Source of the DNA: Gallionella sp.
Lineage (GTDB): Bacteria; Pseudomonadota; Gammaproteobacteria; Burkholderiales; Gallionellaceae
DNA length: 45,572 nucleotides
Direction of reading: 5' to 3'
NCBI GenBank assembly: GCA_024654105.1
Contig: JANLID010000046.1
Coordinates: forward strand, 1 to 45,572
In this document: positions 9,126 to 18,791 of the stretch, piece after piece
Numbering within the stretch: the first letter of the stretch is position 1
Layout of the letters: each line of letters opens with the position of its first letter
Notes under the pieces: model-generated
Database searches by the model: none
What the model was told of the DNA's origin: nothing
The model's input: the letters and a program-made list of their open reading frames with translations, nothing else
Program-made: the position numbers and the translations under genes

Positions 9126-9359
9126 ATGTTCGGACTGAAATATCAGCCGGTAGCCGTGGAAGTGAGCGCCACAGCATATGATGAGATTGCGCTGGCAATG
9201 GTCAACTCAGGGGTGGTAGTTTCGATGCTGGCCGGTGGGCTCGATATGCGCGGCATCGCCATCGTGCGCGGGCCAGAACCTGAGCATCATGTTGTCGAGC
9301 ATCGCCCGATCAGTAGCGCGAAAGTTACGCGCAAGAACACGGCGCCGGGGGCGATCTGA
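9126..9359 (+). CDS. Hypothetical protein
   Basis: GGAGG RBS. Confidence 0.55.
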   Translation: MFGLKYQPVAVEVSATAYDEIALAMVNSGVVVSMLAGGLDMRGIAIVRGPEPEHHVVEHRPISSAKVTRKNTAPGAI

Positions 9360-9514
9360 TGAACATTAAGCCGAGCGAGGAAGTATTGGCAATGGCGCGT
9401 CGAATCGTGGATGCGAAGGGCGACATGCAACGCGATTCTGCGCACGATGATTGTGCGGATCAGGTTGCCGCAGAATTGCTGCGCCTCGCTGCGCTTCTGT
9501 CCGAGGCGATCTGA
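9359..9514 (+). CDS. Hypothetical 51-aa protein
   Basis: TGATG overlaps at both ends; flanked by the 12-bp direct repeat GGCGATCTGATG. Confidence 0.5.
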   Translation: MNIKPSEEVLAMARRIVDAKGDMQRDSAHDDCADQVAAELLRLAALLSEAI

Positions 9515-10044
9515 TGGCCGACACGCAACACATTCGCGGCCTGGATAAGCTCAACAAATTTCTCCAGACCTTCCCGGTGAAATTTGAGAAATCGTGCGTT
9601 CGTGGCGGACTTAGAGCGGGGGCCGTCAAGGAACTGCTGCCAGAGGTGCAAGCGAATGTGTTGAGTTTTGCGACTAAATCCGGTGAACTCATGACCGGGT
9701 TGAAAGTGGTCACGCGATCAAGACGCGGCAGGGTGACGGCGGCGGTAGTTGCTACAGGCCCGCATGCCTATCTGGCTAAATGGATGGAGTACGGAGTCAA
9801 GGCGCACAACATCACGGCAAAAAAAGGGTTCCTTAGTTTTCTGGGCGTGTTCGCAAAGTCTGTCATGCATCCCGGTATCGCACCTTACGGAAACAAGTCG
9901 GCACGCGGCCCGCACTCTTTCATGCGTCCTGCGTTGGATCACAGCGGCGGCGCGGCAGTCGTCGCGGCGGGCGAGTACATGCGTAATCGGCTTGAAACGG
10001 CCGGGCTAGACGTTGCTGACATCGATATTGCGGAGGGACCGTGA
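9514..10044 (+). CDS. HK97 gp10-like tail completion protein
   Basis: IRGLDKL..., SGEL, WMEYG, HPG, FMRPALD. Confidence 0.85.
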   Translation: MADTQHIRGLDKLNKFLQTFPVKFEKSCVRGGLRAGAVKELLPEVQANVLSFATKSGELMTGLKVVTRSRRGRVTAAVVATGPHAYLAKWMEYGVKAHNITAKKGFLSFLGVFAKSVMHPGIAPYGNKSARGPHSFMRPALDHSGGAAVVAAGEYMRNRLETAGLDVADIDIAEGP

Positions 10045-10469
10045 GCGCCGTCGCGGTAGTCCGCTACCTGCTCACACAGGCTGCGGCGGTAACGGCTATC
10101 ATCCCGGCGTCGCGCATCGTTGCTGGCGACTTGCCATTGAATTTCACGCTGCCGGCAATCTCCGTAATGGAAATATCAAGCAATCCGCGAAACACCGTGG
10201 CGATGAATGGCGCGAACGTGCTGCACACTGAGCGCGTGCAGGTCTCCGTGCTATTCAAGGGGCCGCAGGGCACGCCAGCAGGAACAGGGCTACCGGGCGT
10301 CAAGGGCGTACTCGCGCTGCTCCTGGCGGCCGTTCCGCACACGCACGGCACGGTCAACGGGTTCGACGTGTTATCGATTCTCCCGGACCAGGAAGGCCCG
10401 GATTTGCAGGACGTTGCGACTTCGCTTTATTCGGGGAGCCGTGACTTTATCGTCAAATATCGTTCTTGA
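10041..10469 (+). CDS. Tail terminator (DUF3168-like)
   Basis: Position, size, LPAISV and RVQVSV motifs. Confidence 0.75.
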   Translation: MSAVAVVRYLLTQAAAVTAIIPASRIVAGDLPLNFTLPAISVMEISSNPRNTVAMNGANVLHTERVQVSVLFKGPQGTPAGTGLPGVKGVLALLLAAVPHTHGTVNGFDVLSILPDQEGPDLQDVATSLYSGSRDFIVKYRS

Positions 10470-10494
10470 CGAGCAACACCGAGCACCACCAGCG

Positions 10495-10517
10495 ACCCGC
10501 TTCGGCGGGTTTTTTTA
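10495..10517 (+). terminator. Intrinsic terminator
   Basis: ACCCGC-TTCG-GCGGGT followed by a T-run. Confidence 0.8.
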
Positions 10518-10549
10518 TGCCCGCGAGGGTCTTTTGAAAGGAAGCAATC

Positions 10550-11002
10550 ATGGCCTATGAGACAGTTGCTGGCGCGACGCTGGCATGTTCCGTTACCCCT
10601 CCGAGCCCGGACACCACCGCAGCCGGGTTTTCCACCGCCATCACCTATACGGACATCGGCGAAATTACCGATCTGCCCGGCGCTGCTGGCAGGAATTACA
10701 ACACCAGCGAACACGCGCCGCTATCGAGCCGCCGTCGCCAGCGCAAGAAAGCCAGCTACACGCTTGACGACCTGACGGTGGTCATGGCTTGGGACCAGTC
10801 CGATGCTGGGCAGGATCTGTGCCGCACAGCCGCGCTGGACGATAGCGTATTGACGTTCAAGCTGACGAAGCAGGGCGGCGACATCAGGTACTTCACCGCG
10901 CAAGTGTCCGGGTTCATCGAGAACATGGGCACGGTTGACAACGTGGCGCAAGGCCAGATGACCTTGTTGCGCCAGACCGACACCGTTTCAGACCCGGCGT
11001 AA
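10550..11002 (+). CDS. Major tail tube protein
   Basis: YTDIGEITDL, DAGQ, RYFTAQV; position before chaperone and TMP. Confidence 0.85.
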   Translation: MAYETVAGATLACSVTPPSPDTTAAGFSTAITYTDIGEITDLPGAAGRNYNTSEHAPLSSRRRQRKKASYTLDDLTVVMAWDQSDAGQDLCRTAALDDSVLTFKLTKQGGDIRYFTAQVSGFIENMGTVDNVAQGQMTLLRQTDTVSDPA

Positions 11003-11097
11003 TAGGGTCTCAACCCGTACCGGCCCGGCTCGTGTCTCCCTCTCCTGGGGAGCGCGGGCTGGGTACGGGCAAACTTTCATCCCAGGAAAGGACAGCA

Positions 11098-11526
11098 ATG
11101 AACAACCTCAAGAAATACGCCGTAGCACCTACCAGCCGACTTCCCCTGCGTAATGCCAACGATGAATTGATGTATGCCGACGGCTCGGACGGAAAGCCGG
11201 ATGAATCGAAGCCGATGGCGGTCAATGTCTACGGGCCCGGCTCAAAACAGTACGCGAAGGCACAGGCCGCGCAGCAGAATCGCATGATCGACAAACTCAA
11301 GCGCAAGGGAAAAACGGATCAGAGCGCCGAAGAAAAGGCACGAGAGCAAGCGGAATTTCTCGCTGCCTGCACCGAATCTTTCGAGAACATCACCGACGAC
11401 GAACTGACAGGCGAGGCGCTATTCAAGTCCGTCTATACCGATATAGAAGTCGGCTTTATTGCTGAGCAAGTCGGGAAGCATATCGGCGATTGGGCAAATT
11501 TTACGATGGGCTCCTCGAAGCCCTAG
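11098..11526 (+). CDS. Tail assembly chaperone (G-like)
   Basis: VYGPGSKQY...DWANF; position. Confidence 0.8.
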   Translation: MNNLKKYAVAPTSRLPLRNANDELMYADGSDGKPDESKPMAVNVYGPGSKQYAKAQAAQQNRMIDKLKRKGKTDQSAEEKAREQAEFLAACTESFENITDDELTGEALFKSVYTDIEVGFIAEQVGKHIGDWANFTMGSSKP

Positions 11527-11948
11527 CCCTGTACGCCCGTCATATTGCATGGCTGCACGCCGTGCCTGAGGTGCCCGGCAAGAAGATCGCAGGGGCGGAC
11601 AAGCCTGTATCGCGGCTTGAAAAGATGCGCGCAGACATGAAGGATGAAACCTATCATCCCGATATGCCGCCTTGCGATGCCGAGTACCTTTTAGCGTACC
11701 TATGGGATTGTGGCCCCGCAGTGAGTGCGGGAATGGGTGATGTGCCATTGCGAAGCGAGCACCTGATCGCGTGGCAAGAGGAAACCGGCATCCCGCTGCA
11801 ACCTTGGGAAGCAAAAATGCTCCGTAGCTTGTCGCGCGAGTATCTGGCCCAGGCGCAGAAGTCGGAAAAGCCCGACTGCCCACCGCCCTACGGATTTGCG
11901 GAACGCCGCGCGCTAGTGGCGGCGAAGATTGATGCGGTATTCGGCTAA
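11496..11948 (+). CDS. Tail chaperone -1 frameshift extension (T-like)
   Basis: Slippery A-AAT-TTT at 11496-11502; the -1 frame is open to 11948 (LIAWQEETGIPLQPWEA). Confidence 0.75.
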   Translation, partial: KFYDGLLEALALYARHIAWLHAVPEVPGKKIAGADKPVSRLEKMRADMKDETYHPDMPPCDAEYLLAYLWDCGPAVSAGMGDVPLRSEHLIAWQEETGIPLQPWEAKMLRSLSREYLAQAQKSEKPDCPPPYGFAERRALVAAKIDAVFG

Positions 11949-11985
11949 TCGGCGTATCCTCTAATTTTCAAACCCAGGAGGGTAT

Positions 11986-12189
11986 ATGAACCGTTTGATG
12001 GTTATTGTAGCTGTCGCAACGCTTGCTGGCTGCTCACCGCCACCAATGGCGCGGCCAAATGATCCGGTTGCCCAGCAGTGCGAGTACGAGGCGGAAATGG
12101 CGATTCAGAGCATCGCCAATCCGCTTTATGCTGGCGTGCGCAAGGCTGAGTTGATGGGTATGTGCATGCGCGCAAAGGGTCGCGGCTAG
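11986..12189 (+). CDS. Small lipoprotein (moron)
   Basis: Lipobox LAGC, strong RBS, own terminator. Confidence 0.7.
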   Translation: MNRLMVIVAVATLAGCSPPPMARPNDPVAQQCEYEAEMAIQSIANPLYAGVRKAELMGMCMRAKGRG

Positions 12190-12211
12190 TCATTTTCTTT
12201 AGTTGGCATCG

Positions 12212-12237
12212 AGCCCGCTTCGGCGGGCTTTTTATTT
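12212..12237 (+). terminator. Intrinsic terminator
   Basis: AGCCCGC-TTCG-GCGGGCT followed by a T-run. Confidence 0.8.
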
Positions 12238-12247
12238 GGAGAGTCCT

Positions 12248-15200
12248 ATGTTGGCTGGCGCGCTCGAAATCCAGATGTTCGCCTCCTTGGCGAGGCTATC
12301 CAAGGACATGAATGAGGCGAAGTCGATTGTCTCGCGCACATCCCGCAGCATTGAAAGCGCGGCGGCTATGGCGACCCGCGCGCTTGGTGCGCTCGGAATA
12401 GGATTTGGCGTTATCGGATTCGGCCGCTTCATTAAAGGCATCATCGACTCCCAAGATGAATTGTCGAAGTTGTCGCAAAAGCTGAACATTTCAGTCGAGC
12501 AGCTTGCCGGGTTGCGACATGCCGCTGACCTTGCAGGCGTGAGTGGCGAGGCGCTGACAAAAGGATTCAAATCTCTATCATCGCAAATGTTCGACGCCAG
12601 CACGGGACTTCTGGAATCGAAGCGCAATTTCGGCCTACTCGGAATCGAGGTCAAGAACACGGACGGCACTTTACGCGGCACACAAGCCGTGATGTTGCAG
12701 GTGGCCGACAAGTTCGCCGGCATGCGGGACGGCGCCGCGAAGTCCGCGCTAGCGGTGAAGCTGTTCGGTAAGGCCGGACTCGACATGATCCCGATGCTGA
12801 ACGAGGGCAGCGCGGCAATCGCAGCGATGATCGCAGAAGGGCAGCGGCTGAATCCGGTTACGGCTGAATCCGCGAAGCAAGCCGAGACTTTTAACGACAA
12901 CATGGATCGTGTCGGCAAAACATTGAAGGGCGGATTCATCGAGGCCATGAACACGGCCATGCCGTGGATCTCCGATATCTCTGTGGCGATGGCGCGGGCC
13001 GCCAAAGATGCCGGGTTCTGGACTGCCGCGCTTGTCGGGCTTGGCGGCGCGATAACTCATATTTTTGGGTTGTCGGACCTGCAGAAAGCGAAAGAAAGAA
13101 TCGGGGAAATCGACAAGGCACTGTCGATGGCGCGCAAACAATTGGAGGCTGGAAGTCTCAGCCCGCCTGGGGCATCCGATAGCGCATTTTCGTTTCTGAT
13201 TCCCGATGTGAAACTCACCGATGCCGCTCTTGCAAGTATTCGCAAAGTGGTTACTACGTTGGAGGCGGAGAAAGCCAAGTTGGTCGCAGCCAACGCTGAT
13301 CCAAAGGCACCGGCAAAGGCGCTCGCTACTCTCGGAATCCCTGACGAAGATACGCTGAAAAAAGCCGGAGTCGAAGCTGCGCGCTACCGCAAAATGGATG
13401 CGGATGGCTGGGTGAAACACATCGAAGCCATGACGGAGGAATATGAAAACGAACTGAAAATGATGCGCGAGTTGGATGCGGATGAAAACAAGGAACGCAA
13501 GAGCGCGCGAGCCACGAACCTTGCGGGCGAAATTGCGATGTACGAAGCGATTGTGCAGGCGGATTTTGAGGCTACTAAAGCAATTGCGGAAGCGGAGATC
13601 GCGGCAGCGAAGCAAGTGGACGATGTACAAAAACGCCTGAACGAAGAACGCCAGCGCGAGTTCATGGACCTGTTCCGCACCGTCGAAGGCACCGGCAAGC
13701 AAGTTTGGACGATCCTTACCGCAGGCGGCGAAGGCATGGCGAAGTCGGTCGGAAAAGCGATCAAGGCATCGATATGGGATTTGCTCTATCAGATGACCTT
13801 GCGCAAGTGGACGATCAGCATCGGTGCGACTCTTTCTGGGACTGCCTCTTCGGCTTCCGCGGCATCCAACGGCATAAGCTACCTGGGCGCCGCTGGCAAC
13901 ATAGCCAGCTTTGCCGGGAGCGCTGGATTGTGGGGAAGCGCTGCCGCTGGCCCTGCCGTAACGAGTACCTTTGGCGCGGTTGCCTCAGGCGCCGGGTACG
14001 CTGGGGCTGGATCGACCGGGCTGATGGGGACTGCTGGCGCTACTCTTGCCGCGATCCCAGGATGGGGATGGGCCGCGCTTGCAGCGGCAGCAGTCGCTGC
14101 ATATATCATCGGCAGTGACGACGGCGATGCGCAGCGCACCGGCAACTGGACTGGTGCGTTTGGGCAATCGACAGCATCAACGCAAAATCGCTGGTTCGGT
14201 AACGATATGATCGAATCAGGGCGGCAGTTTTCTGCCGAGTTAGCCGCGTCCGAACAGCAAATTGCTAGCCTGCTGAAACTATCATCGGATCAGACAAGCC
14301 AGATCAATGCTGCGCTAGGCGCTCTGTCCGGCAAGCAGTACGGCTTTGGCATGGAACATACCGACTGGCTGAAGTCGGGCGCTCCGCAGGCCATAGCTGC
14401 CGACCGGCTGAGGGTGATCGCTGAGAGCCTGGGCATATCGGTTGAGGCGTTGGCGCAGAAAATGATTGACGCGCAAAAGGTGATCGACCTTGCGCCGCAG
14501 AAGCTGCAACTCGAGATCGACTTGATGAAGGCGCAGGGGGACGCCGCCGGCGCCCTGGCCGCGGAACGCAAGCGCGAACTGGATGCGCTGGACCCGACCC
14601 TGCGGGCGCTGAAAAATCAGATTTACGCCGCGCAGGATCTGGCGACGGCGGCGAACGATGTTGCCGCGGCTGCGAACGATGCCGGGGACGCGATCGCACG
14701 GCTCGCCGACCTGCTGAGTGAAACGCAGAACGCAGTCAATGAGCAGATCGGCCAAAGCCGAAGTGCCTCACAAGCGGCAAGGGCTGCGGCAGAGTCGTTT
14801 AAGCAGATCGGAGTGGCACTTGCGGACGCTGTAACAAAGATCAGGGGCGGAGGTAAGGCCGGGGCCGCAGGACGCCTGGACGCCCTGTTTGGGACGGCCA
14901 TGATGGGCAATGCGGCGGCTTTGTCCGCGCTTCCGCAAGCCGGGCAGGACTTCCTCGCGGCCAGCCTCGCATCGAGCCGGACTTCGCTCGACTTCGCCCG
15001 CGATCAAGCCAAAGTTGTTGCCATGCTCAGTAAGGCGCAGATCGTCAGTGAAGGCATGGTGAACTGGAACGAATACCAGGCGACGCTGCTGGAGGCGCAA
15101 ACAGGCATACTGGAATCAATCCGGGACCAATTGGCGCTGCCAAGCCCGGACGCCGCGATCCTGACGCAGCAAATGGAAATGCTCGGCACCATCGCCGATC

Positions 15201-16411
15201 TGTTGCAGGATCAGACCACGCAGATTGTATCCGGCGACGGCATGCAGGCGGTGCTGATGCATGACCAGACCGGAAAGATCATCCTGGCGAATGCCTTGAC
15301 CGTGGATCAGACGGGGCAGGTAGCGCTCGGCAATTCGTGGCTTGGAACCCAGACCGGCGCGATTGTTTCGGCGGCAACCGTTGCGCAGGCGCAATCCGGG
15401 CAGATCGCCGGTGCTGTTGTCGGCGGGAACGCGCTGACGGCGCAGCAACTCACGCAACTCGCCGCCGTCAACGCGGGGCAGGGAATCGTTCAAACCCTGC
15501 TGAACGGCCAGACCGCTCAAATCATTGGCGGTAATCTGGTATTGAAAGATCAATCCGGCCTCATCATAACCAGCAACGCGATCCTGCAGGACCAGGCCGG
15601 GAAGCTAACGCTAGGCAATTCCCTCGTCGGCACGCAGACGGCCAAGATCATCACCGGCAACGCGACGCAGGATGTCATCAAGAACATCACGGAGCAGAAT
15701 AAAGCCTATCCTGCGGATCAACTTGCAGCGCTTATCGAAAGCGGCGGATTACAGTCGGACAGCCTACAAGGGATTTTGAGCGCAAACGACACAACGGTAT
15801 TGCTCATGCGGCGACTGGTGGATTCGATCGAACAAAATATAGTACAGGATGAGGCGGAGAAAGCAGCTCGCATAGCAGCGGCTGCGGCGGCAGAGGCGGC
15901 AGTAATAGCAGAGCGCGAGAAGGCGCTTAAAATTTCAGAAACTACCGCCGCCTACAAAGGCCAGCAGGCGGTTAGCGATGTTGCGCTCGCGACGTTTAAG
16001 AGCACGATAGCACAGACCGGCGTTGAGCAAGCGGTCGCGCAACAACAAGATATTACTAGCGGCACTGCGTTTGGCTACAAATATTTCACTTACTACCCAG
16101 GACAAGAGGCAATAATTGCCGCGACCCGCGATGCTCAGGCAGCGTATGGGGATGCGTTCGCAAAGGCTTATGATTTGTATAAGGCGATCCCCACTTACGC
16201 AGTCGGCACCAGCTTCGTGCCGAGCACCGGCCCGGCGATCCTGCACCGTGGCGAGCGCGTCATGAATTCTGCGGCGAACGATGAGCTAGTCACCGAGATT
16301 CGTTTGTTGCGGAAGGAAGTCGCCAGCCTGCAAAAAAATGCGGCGCGCACTGCCGATACGCTTGAGGCCGTTTCCTACGGGCAGCGCTCATTCTCTACGG
16401 AGGCGGCGTGA
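12248..16411 (+). CDS. Tail tape measure protein
   Basis: About 1387 aa, Ala-rich; LFGKAG.DMIPMLN and C-terminal YAVGT..VP...AILHRGERV; follows the chaperone. Confidence 0.92.
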   Translation: MLAGALEIQMFASLARLSKDMNEAKSIVSRTSRSIESAAAMATRALGALGIGFGVIGFGRFIKGIIDSQDELSKLSQKLNISVEQLAGLRHAADLAGVSGEALTKGFKSLSSQMFDASTGLLESKRNFGLLGIEVKNTDGTLRGTQAVMLQVADKFAGMRDGAAKSALAVKLFGKAGLDMIPMLNEGSAAIAAMIAEGQRLNPVTAESAKQAETFNDNMDRVGKTLKGGFIEAMNTAMPWISDISVAMARAAKDAGFWTAALVGLGGAITHIFGLSDLQKAKERIGEIDKALSMARKQLEAGSLSPPGASDSAFSFLIPDVKLTDAALASIRKVVTTLEAEKAKLVAANADPKAPAKALATLGIPDEDTLKKAGVEAARYRKMDADGWVKHIEAMTEEYENELKMMRELDADENKERKSARATNLAGEIAMYEAIVQADFEATKAIAEAEIAAAKQVDDVQKRLNEERQREFMDLFRTVEGTGKQVWTILTAGGEGMAKSVGKAIKASIWDLLYQMTLRKWTISIGATLSGTASSASAASNGISYLGAAGNIASFAGSAGLWGSAAAGPAVTSTFGAVASGAGYAGAGSTGLMGTAGATLAAIPGWGWAALAAAAVAAYIIGSDDGDAQRTGNWTGAFGQSTASTQNRWFGNDMIESGRQFSAELAASEQQIASLLKLSSDQTSQINAALGALSGKQYGFGMEHTDWLKSGAPQAIAADRLRVIAESLGISVEALAQKMIDAQKVIDLAPQKLQLEIDLMKAQGDAAGALAAERKRELDALDPTLRALKNQIYAAQDLATAANDVAAAANDAGDAIARLADLLSETQNAVNEQIGQSRSASQAARAAAESFKQIGVALADAVTKIRGGGKAGAAGRLDALFGTAMMGNAAALSALPQAGQDFLAASLASSRTSLDFARDQAKVVAMLSKAQIVSEGMVNWNEYQATLLEAQTGILESIRDQLALPSPDAAILTQQMEMLGTIADLLQDQTTQIVSGDGMQAVLMHDQTGKIILANALTVDQTGQVALGNSWLGTQTGAIVSAATVAQAQSGQIAGAVVGGNALTAQQLTQLAAVNAGQGIVQTLLNGQTAQIIGGNLVLKDQSGLIITSNAILQDQAGKLTLGNSLVGTQTAKIITGNATQDVIKNITEQNKAYPADQLAALIESGGLQSDSLQGILSANDTTVLLMRRLVDSIEQNIVQDEAEKAARIAAAAAAEAAVIAEREKALKISETTAAYKGQQAVSDVALATFKSTIAQTGVEQAVAQQQDITSGTAFGYKYFTYYPGQEAIIAATRDAQAAYGDAFAKAYDLYKAIPTYAVGTSFVPSTGPAILHRGERVMNSAANDELVTEIRLLRKEVASLQKNAARTADTLEAVSYGQRSFSTEAA

Positions 16412-16737
16412 TTTCTATAATTTCGATTGCTGACGGCGTACTGCGTGATCGTGCCGCCGCGTTCAAGCTGGTCAAGGGCAGGCTGTATGTCATCGGCGCG
16501 CATCGATCTTACGATGCCACGCTCTATACAGAGGTAGACGCCGATTCTTCCGCATTCGAGATCGGTGCGGCATCGTGGAATGGAAGCGCATGGCAGGCAT
16601 ACCCTGCGCCCAAGCCTGATACGAGCGCAGCAGACGGCTATCGCGCGAGTCTGTTACGCAAGGCACGAAAGTTGGAACGGATGGGCGACATTACTGGCGC
16701 GCTCAATGAGCGGTTGAAAATCTTGACAGGAGAATGA
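16408..16737 (+). CDS. Hypothetical protein
   Basis: GTGA overlap with the TMP stop, GGAGG RBS. Confidence 0.55.
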   Translation: MISIISIADGVLRDRAAAFKLVKGRLYVIGAHRSYDATLYTEVDADSSAFEIGAASWNGSAWQAYPAPKPDTSAADGYRASLLRKARKLERMGDITGALNERLKILTGE

Positions 16738-16738
16738 A

Positions 16739-17011
16739 ATGGCTACGACTCGAATCGCATACAGCACGGCAAGCGCAGTAGGGAAAGAAATCGCGGAGTT
16801 TGTCGACGCAACGATGGACGCACTTGCAAGAGGGCGCAGACTCAAGGCGCAGTTTTTGGCAATGGCTTCGGACGCGCCGGCAATCGAAGCGGAGGTCGGC
16901 GGGATGGTTGCTGGCACCGGCAACGATCTGTGGTACGTGCTCAATCAGGGTGTTGTCGCGATCGACGTGGACGCTGTGAATATCGAACTGGCGAAGCTGG
17001 ACCAGGGCTGA
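16739..17011 (+). CDS. Hypothetical protein
   Basis: AGGAG RBS. Confidence 0.6.
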   Translation: MATTRIAYSTASAVGKEIAEFVDATMDALARGRRLKAQFLAMASDAPAIEAEVGGMVAGTGNDLWYVLNQGVVAIDVDAVNIELAKLDQG

Positions 17012-17015
17012 TTCG

Positions 17016-18101
17016 ATGAGGGTCATACCGCCAATTGAAATTTTAGACGCGCATTTTACGTCTAGCGACGCGACCGAGCCGTGGGCGCCCGCCGCCTACG
17101 CTGGCGGTACGACTTACGCGGCAGGCGACATCATTCAGGTTGCGGCGGATTTTTCAATCTACAAATCCCTTGCCGCAAGTAATACCGGAAACACGCCGAA
17201 CGTATCCCCGCTTTGGTGGACCAGACTTGGCCCGACCGAGCTGGCCTACAACAGCGGGACCACCTATGCGCTAGGCGATACCGTTTCATCGGCAACGACG
17301 CATCGCGTGTACGAATCTCTTGCGGCTGGCAACATCGGTAATCCGCTGCCCGTGTCGCCTGAGACGACCACGACGAAATGGCTCGATATCGGGCCGAACA
17401 ATCGCTGGGCGATGTTCGATCTTGAGCGGAACACAAAAACTATTTTCGCTTCGCCGCTTGTCGTGCAGTTGGCGCCTGGGGTGCGGATTCGCGCAATTGC
17501 GATGCTCGGGCTTGATGCTACATCGGTATTTGTGGAAATGGACGATGTAGTCGGCTCACCGCAGAATAATCACTACAGCGCGGACGTAAATTTGCAGGAA
17601 CGGACCGACCCGGTTACGGATTGGTACGACTATTTTTTCCTGGAGTTCGGTAACAAAGCCGCATTCGTCCTGTTCGATCTGCCGCGCTATGCAGGCGATA
17701 TCCTGACTGTGACTGTTACCAATACAGGCGGGCCTGCCGCAGTCGGCGCGCTGGTGATTGGAACAGATCAATACCTGGGCGAGACCGAACACGGCGCCGA
17801 ATCGGACGCACTCAATTTCAGCGTGATCGACAGAGACTTTGCAGGCAATTTAGCAACGCTAGTGCCGCGCCGGTCTATCCCGAAAGTCAATCAACTCGTC
17901 AAGGCGCAGAAAACGGCAACGCGGGATATTTTCAACCTTCGCACGGCCTTGAACGCAGTGCCTGCCGTGTGGACCAGCCTTGACGATTCTGACGATGACT
18001 GGTTCGAGCCGTTCCTGATCCTCGGCATTTATCGCAAATTCACTATCAACGCCGCTGATCCTGTTTATGCAGATATTTCGTTGGACGTGGAAGAAATCTA
18101 G
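17016..18101 (+). CDS. Tail tip/baseplate protein with two carbohydrate-binding-like repeats
   Basis: Two copies of AY..GTTYA.GD.....Y.SLAA.N.GN.P (CBM5/12-like); position after TMP. Confidence 0.7.
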   Translation: MRVIPPIEILDAHFTSSDATEPWAPAAYAGGTTYAAGDIIQVAADFSIYKSLAASNTGNTPNVSPLWWTRLGPTELAYNSGTTYALGDTVSSATTHRVYESLAAGNIGNPLPVSPETTTTKWLDIGPNNRWAMFDLERNTKTIFASPLVVQLAPGVRIRAIAMLGLDATSVFVEMDDVVGSPQNNHYSADVNLQERTDPVTDWYDYFFLEFGNKAAFVLFDLPRYAGDILTVTVTNTGGPAAVGALVIGTDQYLGETEHGAESDALNFSVIDRDFAGNLATLVPRRSIPKVNQLVKAQKTATRDIFNLRTALNAVPAVWTSLDDSDDDWFEPFLILGIYRKFTINAADPVYADISLDVEEI

Positions 18102-18122
18102 CAAGCAACTAAAGGAAACATC

Positions 18123-18776
18123 ATGGCACTGACCCCGCTTCCCGATCCGCCGCAGACTGCTGATCCTGCTAACTTTGCCACCAAGGCCGATGCGCTTGTC
18201 GCCGCGCTGGCGACGATGGTGACCGAAATCAATTCCGGCGGAGTTGCGTTGACTGGCGGAACGGTTAGCACTTTAACCGTTACCGGCGTGACTACGCTTG
18301 CGGCGGGTACCGTAGGAGCGCCGTCGCTTTGCTTTTCAACAGATACGACAACTGGGTTCTATCGTATAGGGGCAAATAATGTAGGTTTCGCAATTAGCGG
18401 GGTAAAGTTTTTAGATATTAGCGCTGTCGGTCTTGACATTGGTGCCGGCGGCATCGTGCCAGAGGTTCTGCAAACCGTCGCGCTCCAAAACAGTTGGGTT
18501 AATTTCGGTGGTACTGAAATAACTTTTGGGTATTGGAAAGATTCCGTTGGAATGGTGCATATACAGGGCGGCATCAAAAGTGGCACGGTTACTGCGGGGA
18601 CATTAGTATTCACGCTTCCAAGCAGCTATCGCCCATATGCCGTGATCGAGCTTGGTGGTTTTTCGGATTCTGGCTATTGGGCGATAACTATTGATGCAGC
18701 AGGCGCAGCAACTATAAAACTTGCTCCGGCAAACACATTTGCATCCTTGAATGGAATGAGTTTTAGAGCTGCATAG
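18123..18776 (+). CDS. Short tail fibre / receptor-binding protein
   Basis: APSLCFSTDTTTGFYR and LQNSWVN...GMVHIQG...VFTLPSSYRP motifs typical of fibre tips. Confidence 0.75.
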   Translation: MALTPLPDPPQTADPANFATKADALVAALATMVTEINSGGVALTGGTVSTLTVTGVTTLAAGTVGAPSLCFSTDTTTGFYRIGANNVGFAISGVKFLDISAVGLDIGAGGIVPEVLQTVALQNSWVNFGGTEITFGYWKDSVGMVHIQGGIKSGTVTAGTLVFTLPSSYRPYAVIELGGFSDSGYWAITIDAAGAATIKLAPANTFASLNGMSFRAA

Positions 18777-18791
18777 CCCACAGGAGAAATA

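Noticed and set aside
12232-16246. Long minus-strand ORFs opposite the TMP
   Set aside because: Antisense shadows of a GC-rich coding gene; no RBS or motifs.
17016-18776. Diversity-generating retroelement or invertible fibre system
   Set aside because: No reverse transcriptase, template repeat or invertase seen in the window.
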